From an uncultured Candidatus Saccharibacteria bacterium (GTDB lineage: Bacteria; Patescibacteriota; Minisyncoccia; Phycocordibacterales; CAIZLB01), in NCBI GenBank assembly GCA_964620475.1, contig CAZUJN010000001.1:83497-147496 (forward strand): a stretch of DNA of 64,000 bases. Reading direction: 5' to 3'. Shown here piece by piece: positions 58,176 through 64,000 of this stretch. Numbering within the stretch: position 1 is the stretch's first letter; each line of letters starts with the position of its first letter. A model generated the notes under the pieces. It saw only the letters and a list, made by a program, of their open reading frames with translations. It was not told the origin of the DNA and did no database searches. The position numbers were made by a program, and so were the translations under genes.

Positions 58176-59081
58176 TTATTGTAAGTTATGTTTGATAATA
58201 AAAATTCTAAAATTTGCAGGGATACTCCTTACTTTTGTCATATTGAGTTCATGTTTTTGTGCAAATTCGGACATTTTTTTGTATATAAAATCTCTATCCT
58301 CAGAACTTAAACCTGCACTGAACACATTATACGTTCCTTCTTTTATTGAATAAAGAAGGTCATTGAGTTGATATTTTCTTTTCCATGATAGTGCTTTATT
58401 TGAAATAATCTTGAACAAAGTAAATTTTTTATCTGCACAGATATATTCCACAGCTTTTGTAGCATCGCCTGCGGGATACTTTCTTTGAACAAAAGGCTTT
58501 TTGAGATTAACTCTTAAAGAAAAATAATATTCAAAAAGAAGCTCTAGGTCCTTATCTATAATTGGGCTATTAAAAATTTGTTCAATCCTATCTTCTATCT
58601 GACTATTTTCATCGCCAGTAATAATATAACCACCAGGCTTAGATAAAGATTTTATCTTATTCAAAGCTTTTTCTGGAGAATTAAAACAATGAAGAATTGC
58701 TTTGAAGTGCACAATACTATACTGTCCTTTAAATTTAAGAACGTCTCCCAAAATTATTCGGGTTTTATCTTTAACATATTTAGACACAGCCTCATACATT
58801 TTTTCACTATAATCTATTCCATAAATCTCAGCCTTTGAATTTAAATTCAAAAGGGGTATTAAAAACAAGCCAGACCCAAAGCCAACATCTAGAATGTTGT
58901 CACCGTCTCGTGTTAAACCAATGGCTTGAGATGCATATTCTTTCTGTATAGATTTTGGGAATAATCGCAAAATCTCGTACTGTTGTTGGTTTATTTTTTT
59001 GTAGGTATCCCGCGTAGACATAAAAGTACTGTACCATAAAATTATCCTTTTGTGTAGCCATTTAAATATTTTTTCTATCAA
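58176..59081 (-). CDS. class I SAM-dependent methyltransferase
   Basis: 301 aa. ILDVGFGSGLF (motif I) and GGYIITGDE. Confidence 0.55.
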   Translation of the reverse strand: MIEKIFKWLHKRIILWYSTFMSTRDTYKKINQQQYEILRLFPKSIQKEYASQAIGLTRDGDNILDVGFGSGLFLIPLLNLNSKAEIYGIDYSEKMYEAVSKYVKDKTRIILGDVLKFKGQYSIVHFKAILHCFNSPEKALNKIKSLSKPGGYIITGDENSQIEDRIEQIFNSPIIDKDLELLFEYYFSLRVNLKKPFVQRKYPAGDATKAVEYICADKKFTLFKIISNKALSWKRKYQLNDLLYSIKEGTYNVFSAGLSSEDRDFIYKKMSEFAQKHELNMTKVRSIPANFRIFIIKHNLQ

Positions 59082-59147
59082 AAGTTACCAACTCCTGCCG
59101 TGTGAGACGCCTAGACTTCCTCAGGGGTTTGCGTCATCAATGTAGGT

Positions 59148-60473
59148 ATGAAAACAACAGCACCAACAGGCTATGAAATGGCCCAAACAACACAATTAGT
59201 AGCAAGTTTGAAATACTGCCTTTATGCACGTAAATCGACAGAAAGCGAGGAACGGCAAGTCCTCTCTATAGACAGTCAGATTAAGGAGATGTTACAACTG
59301 GCAGAACGAGAGAATCTGGATATCGTGACAATGAAGCGAGAAAGTCACTCGGCAAAAGAAACTGGACAAAGACCAGTATTCAACGAGATAATCGATGAAT
59401 TAAGAGCTGACAAATACAACGCAATCCTCACATGGGCACCCGACCGTATCTCAAGAAACGCAGGAGACTTAGGAAAAATCGTTGACTTGATGGATGCGGG
59501 TAAACTACACCAAATCAGGACATTCGGACAGACATTTTCAAACAATCCGAATGAAAAATTTCTTCTAATGATTCTTGGATCACAAGCAAAGCTTGAGAAC
59601 GACAACCGAGGGATTAATGTAAAACGAGGACTGCGAACAAGAGTAGAGATGGGATTGTGGCCAGGAGTTGCACCTCTTGGATATTTGAATCAAAGGGATA
59701 TCGACAAGAAGTGTCAGCTCATAGTCGATCAATTGAGAGCACCACTGGTAAAAAAAATATTTGAAAAAGTGGCATATGAAAAATTAAGCGGAAGAAAGAT
59801 ATATAATTGGCTTCGATTTGAAGCCAATTTCTATACCAGAGGAAACAAACCTCTGACACTCGCAGGAGTATATAGGATCATAGAAAGCCACTTCTACTAT
59901 GGGATGTTTGAATATCCAAAAGACAGCGGTAACTGGTATACAGGAAAACATGAACCATTGATTACCAAAGAATTATTTGATCAGGCTCAAGCCCAAATGA
60001 AGCGTGACAACATACAACGAGAGAATAAAGAATTTGCATTCACTAAATTATTTACATGCGGATACTGTAGTAGTGGAATATCAGCAGAAGAAAAATGGAA
60101 GCAACTCAAGGATGGAACGCATGCAAAATATGTATACTACTCATGTGCGAGATCGAGAGACAGGAACTGTAAGAACAAATATATACGAGAGGAGGATTTA
60201 ATTATCGAGATGTTAAAAATACTGGACAAGGTAAATATAAACGAGCTAGGCATGAGGCAAAAGCTTGAGGACGAGATAGCAAGATTCAACATATTCCAAA
60301 GGTCGGTGCTCGGAAGTACTGACAAGGTTGGCAACAGAAAAGATACTGATATACGAAACTATGCGAAGTATATTCTCAAAGAGGGAGCGGTTACTGAAAA
60401 GCGAGAATTGCTAGCGAACTTGAGATCGAGAATAGCATATAAAGACAAAGAGCTGACATTAATCGAAGAATAG
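59148..60473 (+). CDS. large serine recombinase (resolvase N-domain, recombinase domain and zinc ribbon)
   Basis: 441 aa. YARKSTESEERQVLSIDSQ (Ser nucleophile), GLWPGVAPLGY, CGYCSSG...C. Confidence 0.8.
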   Translation: MKTTAPTGYEMAQTTQLVASLKYCLYARKSTESEERQVLSIDSQIKEMLQLAERENLDIVTMKRESHSAKETGQRPVFNEIIDELRADKYNAILTWAPDRISRNAGDLGKIVDLMDAGKLHQIRTFGQTFSNNPNEKFLLMILGSQAKLENDNRGINVKRGLRTRVEMGLWPGVAPLGYLNQRDIDKKCQLIVDQLRAPLVKKIFEKVAYEKLSGRKIYNWLRFEANFYTRGNKPLTLAGVYRIIESHFYYGMFEYPKDSGNWYTGKHEPLITKELFDQAQAQMKRDNIQRENKEFAFTKLFTCGYCSSGISAEEKWKQLKDGTHAKYVYYSCARSRDRNCKNKYIREEDLIIEMLKILDKVNINELGMRQKLEDEIARFNIFQRSVLGSTDKVGNRKDTDIRNYAKYILKEGAVTEKRELLANLRSRIAYKDKELTLIEE

Positions 60474-60482
60474 ATTTTAATA

Positions 60483-61871
60483 CTACTTGTACTGTGCGTG
60501 AATGTTTTTAACATAATCATCCGCAATTTGTAGTATTTCACTGAAAGTAAGTATTTCGATGTTTTGTAGAGAATTGCGAAGTTTTGTGAAGTCTCTTTTG
60601 AGACTTTTTTCTTTTATCTTATTTAGCTTACTTTTTGTCAGTTTGTGATCTGAGGAGATTATAATAATTCCCCTTGGGTGGTAAAGGTTTTCTTCTTCAG
60701 TCATATTGGTAATCTTATTTTCATCAGAATTATTTTGAAATCGTTTTTGAACGATAGCGTCCATGTAATTCATGGTCTGAATTACAGCCCTGCTTAATTC
60801 AGAAGAAAAACTAAAATTCTTATGAGAGGAATCCCAAGTCACAGCATTTTTTAAATGTGTCTTAATCTCAATAATATCGAGACCGTTGTAGTGATTAATT
60901 CCAATAAAATCTGGGTATTTTTTGTCGCCATCAATGTCTTTGAATTCAATTTTTGGATATATTCTTTTATACGAGAAAACAAGATAAAGAAGATATTTTT
61001 CAAAATACTTTTGCCAGAGATTTTCCAGCTGTTTTATTTCAGAGTTGTTATCTGTAATTTTTGAGATTATTTTCTTCGCTTTCTCTGTCTCCATATCAGT
61101 AGTTCCCAGAGTTAGAATTTCTCTACCTAAAGCAATAATATCTTTAAGTTTTTCCTTGATAAAATACTCATCTAATGCTCTTAAAAAATCAGGGGAAAAT
61201 ACTTCGTCTTTAATTAGCTTATCCGTAAAATACTCAAGATTTTTTATATCTTCTATATCTAGAAAGTTATCATAATCTTTCTTTTTGTTCTTATTTTTAA
61301 GATTAAATCGTTCAACCATGAAGGAGAAATCTCCTTTGCCAATAGTTGTAACTTCTTTGGGTGCTTTACTGGTATATTTTAGCTTAAGCTTGTTTATCAA
61401 AAAAGTTTCAATACGATCCCTACTAGATTTACCTTTCTTAAAAACATCGTATGAATCACTTAAAATATCAATCAAAATTGGTTCAGGTATTTGAAGCATC
61501 TTTTCATTGGTTTTTCGTAGAATCTTTTTGCCAGTATTTAAAACTTTAATCTTTGAAAATGTGTCATCAATACCTAGAATAAGTTTTATGTATTGAAACC
61601 ACGGGATATTATAATCACTACCATATCTGGTTCTTAATACATTATCTATGTTTACCTTATCTGAAATAATCAATGACTGTCTATTGTTTGTTTTTTCATA
61701 ACTGTTTTGTTGGCGATTGTAATAATGAAAATCAATAAGCACATCTTTCTTATTAAAAATAACCACATCACCAGAAGGGCATAAAATTTTATTGTCTTCA
61801 AAAATCATCCCAGGCCAATTTAGAGATTGAAAAAATTCGACTATTTTCTCCTTTTGTGTTTTTTCTTCCAT
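60483..61871 (-). CDS. Shedu/DUF4263-like PD-(D/E)xK nuclease-fold protein (candidate antiphage defence)
   Basis: 462 aa. C-terminal YPDFIGINHYNGLDIIEIKTHLKN is a PD...(D/E)xK motif. Located between the recombinase and tRNA-Ser. Confidence 0.4.
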   Translation of the reverse strand: MEEKTQKEKIVEFFQSLNWPGMIFEDNKILCPSGDVVIFNKKDVLIDFHYYNRQQNSYEKTNNRQSLIISDKVNIDNVLRTRYGSDYNIPWFQYIKLILGIDDTFSKIKVLNTGKKILRKTNEKMLQIPEPILIDILSDSYDVFKKGKSSRDRIETFLINKLKLKYTSKAPKEVTTIGKGDFSFMVERFNLKNKNKKKDYDNFLDIEDIKNLEYFTDKLIKDEVFSPDFLRALDEYFIKEKLKDIIALGREILTLGTTDMETEKAKKIISKITDNNSEIKQLENLWQKYFEKYLLYLVFSYKRIYPKIEFKDIDGDKKYPDFIGINHYNGLDIIEIKTHLKNAVTWDSSHKNFSFSSELSRAVIQTMNYMDAIVQKRFQNNSDENKITNMTEEENLYHPRGIIIISSDHKLTKSKLNKIKEKSLKRDFTKLRNSLQNIEILTFSEILQIADDYVKNIHAQYK

Positions 61872-61882
61872 TACTGCATTTT

Positions 61883-61914
61883 ACCAAAAAACAGCAGATT
61901 AATCTGCTGTTTTA
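61883..61914 (-). terminator. terminator hairpin downstream of tRNA-Ser
   Basis: aacagcagatt/aatctgctgtt palindrome with T6 on the minus strand. Confidence 0.45.
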
Positions 61915-61974
61915 GGGCAATCGGGTCGCACTACTTGCTCAGGCAAGTGGGTTGACGCCGATAAAAAATTGTGT

Positions 61975-62064
61975 TGGCGGAGGAGGTGAGATTCGAACTC
62001 ACGGGACCCGTAAAGGCCCTCCTGTTTTCAAGACAGGTGCAATCGACCTCTCTGCCACTCCTCC
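61975..62064 (-). tRNA. tRNA-Ser (anticodon TGA) with encoded CCA
   Basis: 90 nt. Acceptor ggaggag/ctcctcc, anticodon arm cctgt-cTTGAaa-acagg, long variable arm, T arm gtgag-ttcgaat-ctcac. Confidence 0.85.
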
Positions 62065-62109
62065 ATACTGTATACGTCGATATACCTTTATGATATTATC
62101 AGATTATCT

Positions 62110-62568
62110 ATGAAATATCTAGGGGTAGACTATGGACAAAAAAAGATCGGTATAGCTGTCAGTGATATTGACGGAAATATGGCTTTTCCACGTGAAATTA
62201 TCAAAAATGATAGTCTGGAAAATAAGCATATAAAATATATAAATGATTTATGTAATAAAGAGGGTATAAGGGATATAGTTATTGGTAAATCTATTGATTT
62301 TGAAGGTAAAGACAATAAGATAGAATCTAAAGTATTAGAATTTATAAATATTTTAAATAGAGACAATAAATATACAATACATCGTATCGATGAAAGATTT
62401 ACTACGAGTTTAATAGCCTCAGAAAACAGATTTCATTTTCAAAAAATACAAAATTCTAAGAATTTTTCTAAAAACGCTAAAAGTGTCAGAGATAATTCAA
62501 AAGACGATGACGCTAAAGTTGCAACAATAATTCTACAAAACTTTCTCGATTCAAAGACAAAAATATAG
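62110..62568 (+). CDS. ruvX: YqgF/RuvX Holliday-junction-resolvase-like putative pre-16S rRNA nuclease
   Basis: 152 aa. MKYLGVDYGQKKIGIAVSD (RNase H-like first strand with Asp). Confidence 0.8.
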   Translation: MKYLGVDYGQKKIGIAVSDIDGNMAFPREIIKNDSLENKHIKYINDLCNKEGIRDIVIGKSIDFEGKDNKIESKVLEFINILNRDNKYTIHRIDERFTTSLIASENRFHFQKIQNSKNFSKNAKSVRDNSKDDDAKVATIILQNFLDSKTKI

Positions 62569-62582
62569 TATAATCATTTCAT

Positions 62583-62906
62583 ATGATTACATTTGACGAA
62601 TTCAAAAAGGTTGAGCTAAAGGTGGGTAAGATACTGCAAGCCGAGCCGGTAGAAGGATCTGAAAAATTATTAAAATTAGAAGTTGATTTTGCTGAAGATA
62701 AGCCAAGAACAGTAGTTTCAGGTATAGCAGGTCACGTAGATATGGATACATTTGTAGGAAGTAAGAAAATATTTGTTACAAATCTAGAGCCAAGACCTAT
62801 ATTAGGTATAGAAAGTCAGGCCATGATTTTAGCAGGTAAAGATGGACAAGGTTTAGCTTTAGTTGAAACAACAAGAGATTTACCAACGGGTACATTATTA
62901 TCTTAA
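62583..62906 (+). CDS. tRNA-binding domain protein (CsaA / EMAP-II-like OB fold)
   Basis: 107 aa. FKKVELKVGKIL...KLLKLEVD...VVSGIAG. Confidence 0.75.
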   Translation: MITFDEFKKVELKVGKILQAEPVEGSEKLLKLEVDFAEDKPRTVVSGIAGHVDMDTFVGSKKIFVTNLEPRPILGIESQAMILAGKDGQGLALVETTRDLPTGTLLS

Positions 62907-63912
62907 TAAAATGAGTACATTTTTAGAAAAAATAAAACAACAAATACCTGTGCCAAAAATGATACGTTTTGATCATGCAGGATTTGATATTGGTTCTGAC
63001 CATATTCGATATATATTTTTAGAAAAAACTGAAAACACAACTTATGTTAAAAGTTTTGGAACCGAAAGAATACCTCATACAATAGATAAATCTCTTGGAA
63101 TATCTGAGAATCAGGAGGTTGTAGATATTTTAAAGAAAATTCAAAAAGAGAATAAATATAAGTATGTAGAAGTATCTTTGCCTGAAGAGTTGGCTTATAT
63201 ATATACTCAAGAAGTAGAGGGGGATAATGATATATCTATACGAAGTCAAATAGAATTTAAAATAGAAGAAAATGTGCCTCTAAAACCAGATGAAGCTGTT
63301 TTTGATTATGTAAAAGTAAAAGATATAGACAATAATAAGAAATTAATAACTGTCTCTGTTGTATCACAGAAGGTTATAGAGGACTATGTTAAGACATTTG
63401 AAAAGGCAAATATGCAAATAGTTTCTTTTTTGGTACAAAATCAGGCATTATCTAAATCTCTGATTAGTAAAGATGACACAAATTCATATTGTATAGTGGC
63501 TATAGAGAAGAAATATATAGTTGTATCTATAGTATCAGCTGGTATGGTTTTATATACTTCAACTATCAATAAAACTTTGTTTGACGATGAGTTAAATTTG
63601 CAGAGAAAAGAAATATTGGAGGAGGTGATAAAAGATATATATAGAATACTTATTTATTGGACATCATATACAGAGAATAATAAACAATATGGGTTTGGTA
63701 AAATAAAGTCAATAATAATTTCATCAACACATTCAAATATAATAGAATCTGATTTTATTAATATGATGATTAATAAATTAGCTATACAGATAGATAAACC
63801 AAATGTATGGATAAATGCTATAGATTTGAATAAAGAGATACCACCTATTAATAAACTCGATTCATATCAATACGCTACAGCTATCGGTTTAGCTCTACCT
63901 AAGTTAAAATAA
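62863..63912 (+). CDS. pilM: type IV pilus assembly protein PilM (actin-like ATPase fold)
   Basis: FDHAGFDIGSDHIRYIF at the N-terminus and ATAIGLALP at the C-terminus. The true start is probably an internal Met (MSTF..., 62911). Confidence 0.6.
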   Translation: MKQQEIYQRVHYYLNKMSTFLEKIKQQIPVPKMIRFDHAGFDIGSDHIRYIFLEKTENTTYVKSFGTERIPHTIDKSLGISENQEVVDILKKIQKENKYKYVEVSLPEELAYIYTQEVEGDNDISIRSQIEFKIEENVPLKPDEAVFDYVKVKDIDNNKKLITVSVVSQKVIEDYVKTFEKANMQIVSFLVQNQALSKSLISKDDTNSYCIVAIEKKYIVVSIVSAGMVLYTSTINKTLFDDELNLQRKEILEEVIKDIYRILIYWTSYTENNKQYGFGKIKSIIISSTHSNIIESDFINMMINKLAIQIDKPNVWINAIDLNKEIPPINKLDSYQYATAIGLALPKLK

Positions 63913-63916
63913 ATAT

Positions 63917-64000
63917 ATGCTTTTCTTAATGAATAAAAAACAAAAAGAAAAAATACTTGATCAATATTATGCGTCATTGATTAATATATTTTCTATTTCA
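63917..64000 (+). CDS. partial ORF running off the right edge (possibly pilN)
   Basis: ATG at 63917; MLFLMNKKQKEKILDQYYASLINIFSIS... stays open to the window end. Confidence 0.25.
   Translation, partial: MLFLMNKKQKEKILDQYYASLINIFSIS

Larger units (their letters stand above)
46411..62064. mobile_element. integrated genomic island (~15.6 kb) at the 3' end of tRNA-Ser, bounded by a 21-nt direct repeat, carrying a serine recombinase
   Basis: Exact 21-nt repeat at 46411-46431 and 61977-61997. Recombinase adjacent to the intact tRNA. Cargo GC is 38-40% against a 30% background. Confidence 0.5.

Overview
This is a low-GC (~30%) window from a small, streamlined bacterial genome, with repeated scars of horizontal acquisition. 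The standard genetic code appears to apply, because conserved genes are intact with UGA as a stop codon. Gene content is compatible with a Patescibacteria/CPR-like or similar reduced organism: type IV pilus / type II secretion parts, a split ComEC, minimal glycolysis (tpiA, pgk, gpm) and an RRM RNA-binding protein. I cannot assign taxonomy from sequence alone.

Core genes recognised by motifs: hup, clpP, rsmE, a PLD/cardiolipin-synthase-like gene, pilB, nusA, ppa, a trigger factor lacking its PPIase domain, an RRM-RGG protein, pilC with three pseudopilins and a large pilus-associated protein, tpiA, pgk, a DoxX protein, a HIT protein, recJ, rnhA, the ComEC membrane part and (separately) its MBL part, Fe/Mn-SOD, rpmB, an M50 protease, rpsL-rpsG-fusA-rpsT, gpm, pyrD, an HI0933-type flavoprotein, a DUF4105 protein, ruvX/yqgF, a CsaA-like tRNA-binding protein and pilM. 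A trypsin-like protease gene runs off the left edge.

RNA genes: tRNA-Gly(TCC) on the + strand, tRNA-Arg with an unusual GCG anticodon on the - strand, and tRNA-Ser(TGA) on the - strand.

Main accessory content:
- A ~15.6 kb element integrated at tRNA-Ser (46411-62064). It is bounded by an exact 21-nt duplication of the tRNA 3' end and carries a large serine recombinase.
- Its cargo includes a ParB-nuclease-domain DNA methyltransferase plus a second DPPY methyltransferase and three unknown ORFs, a Shedu/DUF4263-like PD-(D/E)xK protein, and a 7-gene operon (two SAM methyltransferases, a QueF-like T-fold protein, a YhhQ-family 7-deazapurine-precursor transporter and a NitT/TauT-type ABC importer).
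- A 650-aa protein joins an N-terminal Rossmann domain to a ThyX-like domain whose signature motifs occur in circularly permuted order.
- A ~45-nt GC-rich hairpin with a G8/C8 tract is conserved 3' of three unrelated GC-rich minus-strand ORFs.
- A second ~80-110-nt hairpin repeat family has three copies around a tRNA-Ser remnant.
- Short 45-52% GC patches, each carrying a small ORF, are scattered through the 30% GC backbone.
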